A stretch of DNA of 64,000 nt from Selaginella moellendorffii (lineage: Eukaryota > Plantae > Lycopodiophyta), in contig NW_003314262.1 in NCBI RefSeq assembly GCF_000143415.4, positions 5,676,304 to 5,740,303 of the forward strand, written 5' to 3'. Position numbers and translations under genes: made by a program. The notes beneath the pieces were generated by a model. That model was not told where the DNA came from, searched no databases, and was given only the letters and a program-made list of their open reading frames with translations. This document shows positions 34,201 through 47,797 of this stretch, piece after piece; position 1 is the first letter of the stretch; every line of letters begins with the position of its first letter.

Positions 34201-34498
34201 TCATATCATGAAGTGCCTGGACGAGAACACAGCAGAGTTGTCCACCACACCTTTCTCCCATGAAAACGCCACCTCTTCCGTGAGCATTATCTCCACGAGT
34301 TCGTCCGCAGCTTGATCTTCGAGCAGCGTTCCATCTTCATCGATCGTGAGCGCTTGCAGCCATGCTGGACTGATAGACAAAGGGAAGCATTTCTTCAGTG
34401 TTTCTCCATGCATTTAGCACTACTCGTGCATGGTTAATCTCTACGGTCGTACGAATCAGTTGAATGATGCAGTGGCACTGGTGAGGAGTCGAACCAAA
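34201..34498. pseudogene. CAS-like 3' fragment (-) fused to a PPR fragment (+)
   Basis: Homologue of 26880-27260 lacking the inverted CAS insertion. Confidence 0.8.
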
Positions 34499-34958
34499 TT
34501 GTAGTGGTGGTGGTGTTACATCACAACCAAGAGGATATTAATCACAAATGACAAAATTATTTAGTGTAACATTCAGTCTCACTTCTGGAAACCAATATAT
34601 CGTAGTATGACTTATATAATATTTAAATTTCAAATTAGCTAAAGTTTTTAATCTTTCCTGATGCAGATTGAATGTTATGCTGACTGACAATCCAACTTTC
34701 TGCGGCAATCCCTACAGCTCCTTGCACGAAGAAAGAATAACTTTTCTAGAAGAATTACATTTGGACAACAGTTTATTCTGCACGTGTTTAAAATCAATGT
34801 TAAAGATATTGTTAGGTATGCTGTTGTTGGTGCGTTCCTTTCTCATCAGATCTGTGGCCATCCATGGCCAGAATCATGCACTCCCTCTGATAATGAATTT
34901 TTTGAATCAATAGTGGTATAGTGGTTGTGATCTCGTGCGTTTTAAGAAACGCTCGATC

Positions 34959-36066
34959 ATGGCTTCCTTCTCACAAATATCCCTCTCTTTCCAGAAGAAG
35001 CTCGAGGATGGATCTCCATTCCCGCTGGTCCTTGTTCCGGCCAACGGTTCTCTCAAGGACTCGGGAGCGCTCGCCAGCGCGCTGCGAATTGAGGAGCAGC
35101 GATTGCGGCTGGAGGAGTGGCTAACCAAGAGTGGCGCGATTTTGCTGCGAGGATTCGAGGTATGGACAGCGCAGGAGCTTGACTCCATTATCGATGCGCT
35201 GGGATGGGAGGAGTACCCTTACTTGGAGATGGGTGGATCGACCAATCGAAAGCAAATGTTTGGGAAAGTTTTCACCTCCAATGACTTACCACGTCAATAT
35301 AACATTGGCTACCACAACGAGGCAGCTTATGTAAGTTTTACTCGTTCTTTTCTCTTTTTTCTAGAGCGATTCGCTTTCTATTTCTTTGTTTCCTCTTCGT
35401 GTTCTAGCTCGAGAAACCACCGGCAAAGATCGCATTTTTTGCGGAGAAAGCTCCAGAGCCTGGAACTGGGGGTGCCACTCCAATTGTCCCAGGTCACGTC
35501 GTTTACAAGCGAGTTCTTGAGAAAACCCATCTAGCAAAGCAACTTCTCGACAAAGGCCGTGTTGTTTACCGCGCGTTTCTAGACGAGAACGCCTGGAAGT
35601 CGCGACTTTCAGCCGAGGACAAGCAATCCGCCGAGACCAAGTAAGAAACTTCCTTTCTTCGAGTTTTTTGGGCTCAAAACTCTTCTCTCGATGATCCAGC
35701 GCCGTGAAAAAGCAATTGGTTTTAACCTGGCTTCCCGACGGAGGAATGATTCTCGACAGCAAACTACTGGGTCCCTTGTTCCGAAAGGATACTGCTGGAA
35801 GGATGGCATATTTCTCGAGCCTTGGGTTTTTCGTGGAGTTTCGCAAGACGCATAAGGATTCGCCAAGAACAGCGCTTGAGTTTGAAGATGGAACGCTGCT
35901 CGAAGATCAAGCTGGCGAAGAACTCGCGGAGATAATGCTGGAGGAAGAGGTGGCGTTTCCATGGGAGAAAGGTGACATTCTTCTGGTGGACAATTCTGCT
36001 GTGTTACACTCGAGGCAGAAAAGCACGTCTAAGGAGCGAGAAATTCTTGTTTCTCTTGCTCAATAA
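34959..36066 (+). CDS. Clavaminate synthase-like dioxygenase, copy 2 (exons 34959-35330, 35408-35640, 35700-36066)
   Basis: Same exon structure as copy 1; YHNEAAY and DNSAVLHSR are intact. Confidence 0.92.
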
Positions 36067-36182
36067 TCTTACTCGTTTGAGTCGAAAGGTTTTAACTTTT
36101 CTGAAAAGACGTGCAAACAAAATGTAAGGTATGGTGCACTGCTCTTGATTTTCTTAAATTCTTTTCAAACGACTTATGCCAC

Positions 36183-37303
36183 TTATTGAACAAGAGCAAC
36201 AAGAATTTCTCGCTCCTCAGACGTGCATTTCTGCCTCGAGTGTAGAACAGCAGAGTTGTCCACCAGAAGAATGTCACCTTTCTCCCATGGAAACGCCACC
36301 TCTTCCTCGAGCATTATCTCCACCAGTTCGTCGGCGGTTTCATCAGGGAGCACCGTTCCATCCTCAAACCTGATCGTCATCTTCGGAAAGTCCTCCTTCA
36401 TCTTGCGGAACTCTACGTACGATCCGATGCTGGTGAAGATCGCCATCCTTCCAGCACTATCTTTTTTAAACAATGGCTGCAAGGGCTTGCTCTCGAGAAT
36501 CGCGCCGCCTTCGGGGAGCCAAGTTAGAGTCATGTTCTGCTTCATGGCTCTAGAACAAGAAAGTCAGACCTCGCAGGGCATTAAAGTATCGCAATCTTGT
36601 GGAAAGTTGAGAAAGAATTTGCTTGCCTGGTCTCGACGGTTTGCCTGCCCTGGGTTCTCAAAGCTTTGTCGCTGAGATAGGAGCGAGTTACAACAGGGCC
36701 TTTGTCGAGAAGTTGCTCGGCCAAGTGTTTTCTCTCAAGAACTCGCTTGTACACGACGTACCCTGGAACGATCGGAGTGGCTCCTCCAGTCCCAGGCTCC
36801 GGAGGCTTCGCAGCGAAAAATGCAAGCTTTGAAGGGAATTTCGTGAGCTAAGAACACAAACAAAGCGCTATTTGAGATCCAAGAACAAACAAAGAGATGA
36901 ACTAGCTTACGTAGGCTGCCTCGTTGTGGTAACCAACGTACCAATCCAGGGGAAGATCATTGGCGGTGAGAACCTTTCCATGGACCCTCTTTCGATTGGC
37001 CAGTCCACCGAGCTCCAAGTAGTTGTACTCCTCCCATCCCAGGGCATCGATGATCGAATCAAACTCCTGCCCCGTCCCTACGTCGAATCCTCGCAGCAAA
37101 ATCGCGCCGCTCCTGATCAGCCACTCCTCCAGCTGCGATCGCTGCTCCTGGATTCGCAGGGCGCTGGCGAGAGCTCCAGCGCCCTTGGGCGATCCATTCG
37201 CCGGCGTTAGAACCAGTGGAAATGGCGATCCATTGTCGAGCTCCTTCTGGAAAGGAAGATATGATTGCAAGCACATCGCTGACGATAGCGGGTGAGCCAT
37301 CAT
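36183..37303 (-). CDS. Clavaminate synthase-like dioxygenase, copy 3 (second intron GC-AG, 36626-36550)
   Basis: YHNEAAY / LTKFPSKLAFFAAKPPEPGTGGATPIV / FPWEKGDILLVDNSAVLHSR; the frame stays open when AG|GCAAG is used as the donor. Confidence 0.9.
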
Positions 37304-37333
37304 TTAGGGCCACACAAATGGAGCGTTTTCATT

Positions 37334-37350
37334 GGCGGGAAGTTTGGCGC
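37334..37350. promoter_or_regulatory. Two adjacent E2F-type sites in the 86-bp bidirectional gap
   Basis: GGCGGGAA (TTCCCGCC on -) and TTTGGCGC upstream of a DNA-damage/replication-type WD40 gene. Confidence 0.55.
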
Positions 37351-37389
37351 CAAGTTTAAATTGCTTCTTGAGCCCTAGCGGCGGTGGCT

Positions 37390-39469
37390 ATGGCTGATCC
37401 AAGAATGTCCGACTATGCGCGCAAGAGGGCCGAGAACATGGCGAGGAACGCCGAGAAGCTCGCGGAGCTGGGGATCCATGAGGCGGCCAAGTTTCTCCAG
37501 ATTCCAATCAGGTTCTTTCGTCTTACCCTAGTTCTCTAGCCGATGAGTGGAGATTTAGAAATTTTCCTTCAGCGATCGCAATGCTGTCGCGTGGTTTTCT
37601 TGAATCCTTGTGCTTTGGTCTTTTCTGCGGCATTTGTGTTGTTTGTTTGAGAGTTTCATTCTTTTGTTTCCAAAAGATAGCGAAAGCAAAAAAAAGGATA
37701 TTTTCTTTTTGGATTCTATATTCACGCGACGCATGGGGAGCATTTTCTTGAATCCTTGTGCTTTGATCTCTTCTGCCGCATTTGTGTTGTTCGTTTGAGA
37801 TTTCATTTTTTGTTTCCAAAAGATAGCTAAAGTAAAAAAGAGGATTTCTTCTTTTTTGATTCCATATTCACTCCACGAGCATTTTCTTGCTTGTCTGCCG
37901 CATTTGTGTTGTTTGTTTAAGATTTTCTTCCAAAAGACAGGATTTTTTTTCTTGTTTGATTCTATATTCACTCGACGCATGCTGTTTCCAGGGAGCAGCA
38001 AAAGAGAAAACCCAAAGGGTATAAATCTGAGAAGAAGAGGCCCAGAGATGAACAGCCGCTTGTAATTCGGAGGTCACTGCGTACTCGAGGAATCTCTCCA
38101 GAGGTCGGGCCTCTCAAGGACGAACTTTCCGATGCCAAAGTGGTGCCAGAGCCAGAGAAGCTTGACAAACTTAACTGGGAGAAGCCTGTTTCCTTCTCTG
38201 ACGTTCGTGTCAACGACGAGCTCTCAGATGATTCAGTGCGTGCTCGCATTGGCGAGGCAGTAAAAGGCGAGTGTTTGGTAAACTCGGAGGACCAGCGACC
38301 AAAGGACGACTTTGAGCCGCTATCTTTGAAACTCGCTGAGAAGGACGTCGTGAGGATTGTGCCGGAGAAAATTCTCAGCCTGATTCTCCTTCCTCTGAGT
38401 TCAAAGCTGGTGGTGGCTGCCGGGGACAGAGCGGGAAATATCGGCCTCTGGGATGCTGATTACAACGAGGAGAGTGACGAAAGTGTTGTCCACATTTATC
38501 GGCCTCACAGGATACCTGTTACAGCAATAGCAAGCGCACCTGCGAGCTTTACACAGGTGAGTTATGGAATACATTATTTTACTCCCCCCTCCCCCCCCCC
38601 CCCCCCCCCCCCCCCCCCCTTTTTTTTTCTAACAGCGCCTTTGCCTTTGTAGATTGCGACTTGCAGCTGTGATGGTTCTGTCCTCCTCATGGACATTGAC
38701 AAAGCGGCTTTCAGCAGAGTGTTTTTATCTGACGAGTCCTTAAGTGCCATGAGCTATCTCGCAGAGAGCACGCACGTTATTTCCATTGGTGACTACGAAG
38801 GAGATATGAAACTAGTGGATGCAAGAAGCTCCACGGTAGCGTCACACTGGAAGCTGCACGAGAGACGCATTCACTCCATAGACTCTACGCCGCAGCGGCC
38901 TCACCAGGTTGCTACAAGTTCCGGAGATGGAACAGTCTCCCTGTGGGACGTCCGCGTCACAAAGAGGAACCTGGCAACCATGACCCACGGAAAAGCCGTG
39001 CACTCGGCATACTTCTCACCATCGGGAGATCAACTGGCTTCGACCAGGTAAATACTCAAAACGTTTTAAAGTTGCCTTTATGGCTGAGTTACTCGATCCC
39101 CGCAGTTATGACGATCACGTAGGCCTCTGGAGTGGAAAGCACAATGACGATCCCGTCATGATCAGCCACAACAATCAGACAAACCGCTGGATTGCGACGT
39201 TCAGGTGGGAAACCTTTTGAGTAAAAATCTCGAAATGCGGATTTAAATTGCGTTGCAGGGCAATTTGGAGCTGGAGTGACAACTACGTCTACATTGCAAA
39301 CATGAGCAGAGCCATCGATGTGATATCCACTCGCGAGAACAAACTGGTTGCATCGCTTCGAAGCGAGGAAATGACTTCCATACCTTCGAGACTGGCACGG
39401 CATCCTCTTTTACCTGGAGTTCTGGCCGGTGGCACTGCCGGTGGCAAAATCTTTCTGTGGAGAAGTTAA
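37390..39469 (+). CDS. WDR76: WD repeat protein 76 / CMR1-like DNA-damage-binding protein, 5 exons
   Basis: SDYARKRAENMARN.EKLAELG, RRSLRTRG, VVAAGDRAGNIGLWD, LHERRIHSID, HGKAVHSAYFSPSG, HNNQTNRWIATF-RAIW. Confidence 0.88.
37595..37985. repeat. About three degenerate copies of a repeat up to ~150 bp long in WDR76 intron 1
   Basis: Recurring TTTTCTTGAATCCTTGTGCTTTG..GCATTTGTGTTGT..TTCCAAAAGA..GATTCTATATTCAC. Confidence 0.8.
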
Positions 39470-39726
39470 TCGTGTTCAATCAACACTGACTCCTTTTTTT
39501 ACATTTTTTCTCGCTCAGCCAACTTAATCAGATAAGGAGAAGGATGGCAGGGTCCCAAATGGGAAAACTCGACTCCGGAGGCAACACGTGGAGAGCCGGG
39601 ACATAAGTATAATTTTTTGAGGGTTCCTTGGCTTGGCAGTGTGGAGGCTTCGCTTTCTTTCCTTGAGGTACATGTCCGTTTAGCTGTTCTTGATGATTCC
39701 TTCTTTATTTTCTTGATAGCAAAGCT

Positions 39727-41894
39727 ATGGATCCTTACAAGGTATTAGTTCTCCTTTTTTTTTCTTTTTTTTTCCCCCCACGTTTAGTGCTCTAATCTTC
39801 TTCGTCTTTCCAGCACACTCCATCAAGCGCTTTCAATTCTTCTTTTTTCACCACAAACTCTGGCACTCCCGTCTGGAACAACAATTCCTCTTTGACAGTT
39901 GGGTCACGAGGTACGTTATGATAGTGTTCTTTCTTTCTTGTAAGCGTTTAATTTTTTTTTTCTCAACGATCTCTCACATGGTGTTTTATCAGGGCCTATT
40001 CTGCTGGAAGATTATCACTTGATCGAGAAGCTTGCTCAGTTTGACAGGGAACGCATTCCCGAGCGCGTCGTCCATGCGCGTGGAGCAAGTGCAAAGGGTT
40101 ACTTTGAAGTCACCCACGACATCTCAAACCTCACCTGCGCGGATTTCCTGCGTGCACCTGGAGTCCAGACACCGCTGATTGTGAGGTTCTCCACCGTCAT
40201 TCACGAACGTGGAAGCCCCGAGACACTCCGTGATCCCAGAGGCTTTGCCGTCAAATTCTACACGCGGGAGGTGAGTAAACTATCTGGTGATGTTGCTAAG
40301 TTGGACACGAAATTCCATCTTTGACTTTTTTCGCTTTGTTTGCGAGCAGGGAAACTTCGATCTGGTTGGAAACAACATTCCCGTGTTCTTCGTACGTGAT
40401 GGCATCAAGTTCCCTGACATGATCCACGCTCTCAAGCCAAACCCAAAGACGCATGTTCAAGAGCCTTGGCGCATTATGGACCACTTCTCGCATCATCCGG
40501 AGAGCTGTCACATGTTTACTTTTCTCTTCGACGACCACGGAATTCCTCTCAATTACCGTCACATGGAAGGCTTCGGGGTACACACGTTCACTCTGGTCAA
40601 TCGCGCCGGCAAGTGTACGTATGTCAAGTTCCACTGGAAGCCAACTTGCGGACTAAAGTATCTGAGCAAGCAAGAGGCTGTGGTCGTCGGCGGCTCTAAT
40701 CACAGCCATGCAACCAAGGATCTCTACGACTCCATCGCGGCCGGAAACTATCCAGAGTGGAAGCTGTTCATTCAGACTATGAACCCCTCCAACGAGGAGA
40801 TGTTCGACTTTGATCCGCTCGACGTTACGAAGACTTGGCCGGAGGAAATGTTCCCGCTCCAACCGGTTGGCCGCATGGTGCTCAACAAAAACATTGACAA
40901 CTTCTTCGCGGAGAACGAGCAGCTTGCGTTTTGTCCGGCGCTCATCGTCCCTGGCGTCTACTATACCGACGACAAGATGCTCCAGACTAGAATCTTCTCA
41001 TACGCCGACACGCAGCGGCACCGACTTGGACCGAACTATCTCATGCTGCCTGCAAATGCACCCAAGTGCGCACATCACAATAATCATCACGAAGGCTTTA
41101 TGAACTTCATGCACAGGGATGAGGAGGTATGGTGGTGGAATGTTCTCCAGTTTTTTCTTTGTTTGAGCTTTTTTTAATGATTTGTACTCGTTCTGTCTTT
41201 TGATTTTTCTAACCACTCGTCGTGAACTGTCAAACACAGGTGAACTATTTTCCATCACGATTCGACGCAGTTCGCCACGCCGAGCAAGTCCCGATTCCCT
41301 CACGTCCTGTGAGTGGCCGCCGAGAAAAGGTAGAGAAAAGCTTTGGCTTGTTTAAGCCTGGATGCCAGCTTCAAAGTCTTGACCGGTGCGTGCACAGGTG
41401 ATGCTGGAAAAAGAGAACAATTTCGCACAACCTGGCGTGAGGTACAGATCATGGCCAGCTGACAGGTGAGCGAGCAATGTCGTGCAAAAACTTCTGCCCA
41501 TGTTTTTCTTCCATTTTTCTTTTTTTTTTCCTTCCTTCTCTCGCTCTTTCTCTCTCTTTCTCTCTCTCACTCGCTTGAGGATCTGGTGGTCGTGCAAAGC
41601 AAAGTTTCCTAACTTTTGTGTTACACTGACTGTCTTTGCTTGGCAGGCAAGAGAGGTTCATTGAGAATTGGGTGGACGCTCTATCCGATTCACGCGTTAC
41701 TCATGAAATACGCAGTGTGTGGATTTCGTATTGGTCCCAGGTACGTAGCTTGTTTTCTTATCCTTTCTTTTTTATCCTTCGACCGTCTCGATAGTGGACG
41801 GCATGCTAATTGTCTTTCTGCTTAACGCGTGCAGTGCGATAAGTCCCTCGGCCAGCGAATCGCGGCTCAACTTCAGTCCAAATCCAACATGTGA
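39727..41894 (+). CDS. CAT: Catalase (clade 1), multi-exon
   Basis: First exon MDPYK; [47 protein letters not shown] and the heme-ligand motif [17 protein letters not shown]. Confidence 0.97.
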
Positions 41895-42637
41895 TTCAGC
41901 CTGGGTTGGAGGTTTGTGGCTTTTGTTTCCAGTTTTTCTTTCCTTTTCGTGCAAGTAGCTCGCGCTGTTGTCTCTTGTGATATGATACATTTTTAATCTT
42001 TCCTAGCTTTTTTTTCCAAAAGGCTTCCAAGTCAAGGCGATTGAATTGCGTCCCAGCAGCCAGCCACAAGAGAGAACGCAAAGTATGTTTAAGAGTGTGA
42101 AAGCTTTGAACGTTTTCTTCCTTTTTTTCCTTCTTGGTCAGGGACTGATGAGCCACCTTTCTTTGTGGAATCAAATCAGATGTTGATTCCTGTGTGCCGG
42201 AAAGATGTGTTGCAACAAATCTAAAAAAATGTTTGTGAAGATCAATCTCTACCAAACTATGCTGTGCTCGTACGCGCAACCAGTGGTGATAAAAAAAACA
42301 CTTCGAAAAATGTGAGAGATGAAATTATACAGTGCTGGCCTACCCAACTGTTCGTTCTCCTGTCCACAAAATCTCCGATTCCGACATTTTAAATCGCGGG
42401 AATATCTTGCGGCATAATCATTCCGTACAAGAGACTTCCCACCAAGAAACGAATGAATGAATGAAAACGAATGACACAAAAGATCCCAAAACTGGCCTAA
42501 CACCCTCTCACTCTCTCCTCCCTCCAATAAGAGAACTAAAAGCTCCAATGAACTCTAGAAAACTACTAAGATCTCTCCAGCTCTAAAGAAACAAAGAAAC
42601 AAAGAGATACCTTGCAAAGAAGCAAACTCGCTCGCTC

Positions 42638-44791
42638 TCAAAATCGTCGGCCTTCTTCCTCTTCGTCATCATCCGTAGTCGTGGTAGCAGTCGCGGTAAC
42701 AGTCGCGGTACCAGTCGTGGTAGCGGTCGCGGTTGGCTCCCTTTGGCGGCGCATCTCCAGCACCTTCTTGTGAGAATTGGAGTGCTTTTGCGGCACGAAG
42801 CTCGGGCTCGCCGCCGGCCTATACTCCGGGAACAATCTCCCGGACTTAAACCTCACGCCACACGCATTGCACAGCGTCTTTGGTCCCAGTGGCCCCGTCC
42901 TCCACTGCGGGGTCTTCTGGCTCCCACAGTGGAGGCACTTTTGGAGTGGCTGGTTTGGATCCGGAAGGCCCCTCTTGGCCGCCGCGCTCCCGCCGCCACC
43001 CCCTCCAAAGTTCTTGGAAGTCCCGGTAATGCCACTGTTCTTGCCCGAGGTGGTGGCGGCGCTGTTGCTGTTGTTGGTCTTGGACTTCTTCTTTGGCGGG
43101 CGGCGCGAGTTCTTGAGCTCCAGCTCGTAGTCGTCGTCGTGGAGGCTGTAGAAGCGGCCGCTGTCCGCCGAGAAGGACGAGGAGCAGCAGTGGATCTTCT
43201 TCCGGTTGTTGCTCGTCGTCGTCTCGTCGTCCAGCAGCGACGACGAGCCGTCGAGCTCATCGTCGGTGGAGAAGTTTGAGTTGTTGTCATCGTCCTCCTC
43301 CTCCTCCTCCTCCTCTTCTTCCTCCTCTTCCTCCTCCTCCTCCTCATCCTCGCTCGCCGTGGTACAATTCGAGCTGCTTGGAGCTCGAGGAGGCACCGAG
43401 GACGTGGTCGTCGCCCAAGCCTTAGTCCTCGATCGCTTGGAGCGAGGCTGACGATCCTGCTGCTGCTCAAGGTGGCGGCGGTGGTGCGCAATCCCGGCGT
43501 TATAAGAAGCTTTGTTGTGATCATCGGTGATCCAAGACGCGGTGGTGGAGCTCGACTCGAGCTGCGCCGGCTCGGACGAGGCCGGGATCACGTAAGAACT
43601 GTGGTGGTGGTGGTCGCGCAGCGAGCTCTTGAACGGATAAGTGGACGCCGGCGATGGCGAGAACTTGGCCTCCTCCGCGGCGGCGGCGTGGACCGCGTCC
43701 TCGATCGACGACGAGTCGTCCACAAAGTTCGTGAGCCATCCAAGCTCCGGGATCTCGTCACACTGGAAGAACAAGAAATTAAGTTAGCTTTCGTATTTTA
43801 TCATAGCAGCAGAAAAAAGAATGGGAAAAAAAAAATGCTTAAAAAGAAAAACTCCAGGAGAAAAAAGAAAGAAGAAAAGTGGAAAGAGTGAAGGCATGGC
43901 ATGGCTTCAACAAGAGCAATAAATTTTCGGCCAGGAGAGGTGGCTTTAAATGGCTCCAGTAACGAAAGATGTCATGTATGTTACACCACTCTCTCACACT
44001 CACACACAAACTCACACACTACTCACACCACTCTCTTGTTATATCGCACACAAACAGTCAAGCAAGCACACCATTTCTCTCTCGCTCTCTTTTTCCACTG
44101 CCGGTCCAGAGAACCAATCCGGATAGGAGCAAAACGAATGAAACGAAACGCCACCACCAAGAACACCACCAGAAACGAAGAAGAGAAGACCACGATTCAC
44201 AAACAAACCAACGCGAAACCAAACGAGCGAGTGGTGTGAGTGAGTGAGTGAGTGAGTGAATGAGTGAATGACCCGGGAATTGAATGAATGGGGAGCGCGC
44301 AACGAGCGAGCGAATGAATGAAAAGGAGCGAGCGATGGAGATGGAGCTGGGCGAGAGAGAAAAGAGGAAGAAAAGCAAGAGAAAAAAAAGGAGAGACTTA
44401 CATGCATGCCGATGAGCTCCAGCTCCTCCTTGCTCCCGACGTCCAAGTCCGCGATTTCTAATTCCCCCGGATCGAGCTCCTCCTCCTCCTCCTCCTCCTT
44501 GTGCTGCCGATCGCCTCCTTCCTCCGCCGCCGCCGCCGCGGCATTGACCAGACCATCCTCTTCTTCATCGCCTTCTTCCACCTTGGCGATGGTGGTGGAG
44601 CTTTTGGCGATGGCGGCCGAGGAAGCGGTAACAGTGGAAGCGTTCTTGCTGCTGCTAAAGTTGGCAATGGGGCCGGAAATCTCCTCGTTGGTGAAGTCGA
44701 GGAGATCGTCCACGCGGAAAACCTCCACCCCGAGCTTGAAGCTACAGTCGAGATCGATGAAATTGGCGTGCCTGCTGCTCAGTACCTCCAT
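42638..44791 (-). CDS. Class A GATA transcription factor (exons 44791-44402, 43762-42638)
   Basis: [27 protein letters not shown] and [57 protein letters not shown]. Confidence 0.95.
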
Positions 44792-47700
44792 TTACCTCCA
44801 AAGCTTCGCTATGGCGACCGCGATAAACCCCGCAAAACCCGAGCGCCGCGCGCTCTCCCCCACCGCTAGCGCTCCTTTCCTCTCTCGAATTCCCAGGCGC
44901 CCAATTCGGCAAGGAATTGGGCGATGGAATTCGCTCACACGGAAGAAACCTTGTTAGGTAAGGAAGAAGAAGTTCTCGCTAGAGCTCTCTCTGTCTCTCA
45001 CACACACACGCACACGCTCACTCACGCTCGATTTGTTTCGATCAAGGGGACACGGCGATGGGAGACGATCGAGGCGAAGAGTCACTCCACCACGGCATAG
45101 AAATTTTCAGCGACTGGCTTTGACGAAGTCGCGCGTCCCAGCGCGTGGTGGTGGTGGTGGTGGTGACGATGAGAGAAGAGAGAGAAGAGAAGGACGAAGG
45201 GGAATATCTCCTCGATCGATTGGTGGGCGATGGCCTGCGGCTGGAATTCGCAGCTGGGCACAGGAATGCAGCTCATCCAATCCAAGAGGCGCCGAATCGA
45301 GAGCCGCCCACAAGGCGAGGCGCCCGAATTGGAGCCGCCCACAACAGTGGCTCCTCGCAAATCGATGGAATCGATTGGCAAGTATAGCGAGCGAGGAAAA
45401 GAATATAAGAAGGGAGAGACCCAATGAAGCGAGCTCGAGCAGCAAGCTGACAAGTAGCTCCCGGACAACGCTAATCTCCTCCCAAAACCCCCAAAAACCA
45501 CTTCTTCTTCTTTCTTCTTCTTCTTCTTCTTCTTTCTTCTCTACGCTTTGTTGGTTCTCTTGCTCCTCTCGATTGATCGATTCCTCCTTTCTGTGAGCTT
45601 AAAGCTCACGCTTCCTCCACAAAGATGATAGAAACAAAGGAAAGAAAGAAAGCTCTTTCTACTCTCGCCTCTCCTCCTCCATTCTCTCCCTTGTGTGATT
45701 TTAGGGAAAAAAAAGGCTTTGGGCACTACTACTACACTACCACCACTGACACAAAGAAGCTGTTACGCTTATTAGCTACACTCTAGCCTGGAGAGCGAGA
45801 AAAAAAAAGCACTAAAGCTTTTTTTTGGAATTTTTTTGGTGAGATTTTTAAACTACTTAACGCTAGCTTGATCGATCATTCGCCGCTAAGAACCTCTCGC
45901 CTTCTCTCCAAAAATTCTTTCTTTGCTTGATTTTTTCGTCCATTTCTCCGCGGTGATCCTGTAACTGTTTAGCATAACAGCCCAACAATTCTTCCTTTTA
46001 AGGCATGACAGGTGGGAACAGAGATCTTGTTATGTTAGCGCAAAAATTAAAGGAATTCCTCCTCCACCTCCACCTTTTTTTTATCCTCTTTCTTTTCTAT
46101 TTTCCTGGCTTTATTTTCCCCCTTTTCTAAATTTTTTCTTTTTGTTTCTTTTAGAGCTAACGTGGTCTGGCGCGCAGTGCCAGCCACTTTCTCGCTTCCA
46201 GCCGACGGAGATTCCCGCGTCGCCGGATCCCCGACACGTGGACAATCCGACGGTGGGGATGCCTTCACCGCCGTGTCGGCCGGTCGGACAGCCGCCCCAA
46301 CGTGCCGCGAACGTGACTGACCACCACCGCACACCGCCGCCGCACCTCGCGGTGGACATTCCGGGGCGGAATGTGGCCGGGCATCAGAATGTCCGGGAGT
46401 GTGGCTTTTACTTGTTTTTTTTTTTTATGTGTGTGTTTTTTTCTAACATTTTACTATAAGAAGTTAGGTGCTCGACAGCCATCCCATGACAAGTAGCGTT
46501 GCTCCATCCATTTGCTGGCTGGCTGGCGGGCGGGTCTGGCTTAGTAAAAATAAAAGATGCCGCCAGGGATGCCTTAAAATTCCCGGAACCTCCTCCTTTT
46601 CAGTGGAGAAACCACTGGAGGAGACATTTCAGAGCGTTTGGTCGAAGAACACAACTTTCCAAAGTCTCGACTTGCGACTTCCCACCGCCAAATTTCCAGA
46701 ATCTCTCTCTCTCTCTCTCTCTCTCTCATACGTACTTGAGACCTTGAGCGTATTGTTGCGTGATAATTTTGACGTTCCAACGGTGGCCAACCCTTGAAAA
46801 CACTTCGAAACCCTCTCTCTCGGTATATATCAATCGAATCTCTCGAACTTCCACTGGTCTTAGAAAAGAAACCACAAACTCAACACAAACGACATGGCAC
46901 GGTGGGTAACAACTCTTGGGTTGTGACAACTTAACACGTTTTGATGCTTTGCGGAGCTTTAAAATCTTTTCTAATGTTTACCAGCCGCTAAGTTTCAAAG
47001 CTTTGCTCATACGCTGACACAACTATAGGTGAATTCCTAGTTTTATTTCTTTACAATGCCAAAGATTGCCAAAGTTTGTTCAGCAATGCTCAGTACTGCC
47101 AGAGAGGAGCAAAAAAACTTTATGAGAGTCGCTGCATTTGCATACCACACCACATAGCATAGGGGGGGCAGTAGAAACAAGCATGGTAGGAAACAAAAGA
47201 AATTTAAGAAAAGGTGGCCGATGTTGTGTGAAGAACGATCATTCCGTACAAGAGAGAACTGCAAGTCACTCATTGACACCACAAGGATTAGGATTTGATA
47301 AGTTGGGGGGAGGGGTTGCTCTGATCCTGCAATTTGGTCTACTAAACTCTGCAATATCTACTTGCTTGCAATTTACAAAAGGCAGGTGAGTTTTCTAACC
47401 TGAGGCCTGAAGGAGAATCAAAGTGTGCACATGCAGGGGCATCAAATCAGACCTCATGTTCTTGGCACAAAAGTTGACTTTAAACCACATGGCAAATGCA
47501 AGGTGGGTGCAAGCCTAAATGAAGTGAATCTCTTATAAAATTACGCCCCCAGCGGTAAAAAAGAAACAACTTTGGTCTGATCTCGAAGTCAGTAGTCCAT
47601 CTGATCCAAGATCAATGTACGCTCTGCTCAGGATTTCCATTTGATTTTATATTATTAATTAGTAATATACGAAAAGGAAAAAGCTATTATTATCTTTTAA

Positions 47701-47797
47701 AGTGTCAAAATTTAAAAAGTTTAAGATAACAGGCGTAAATTTAAATTATTAGTTAATGATAGAAACTACCAAAAGGAAAAACAAAAGGAAGGACATG

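Larger units (their letters stand above)
32419..34498 (+). repeat. Segmental duplication, unit B
   Basis: Copy of 25161-27253 with a different set of deletions. Confidence 0.9.

Noticed and set aside
38584-38619. Poly-C run / poly-Pro in the ORF track
   Set aside because: Lies within a WDR76 intron; a simple homopolymer of uncertain length.
43270-46730. (TCC)n, (GAGT)n, (TTC)n and (CT)n microsatellites around the GATA gene
   Set aside because: Ordinary simple repeats in acidic tracts, introns and UTRs.
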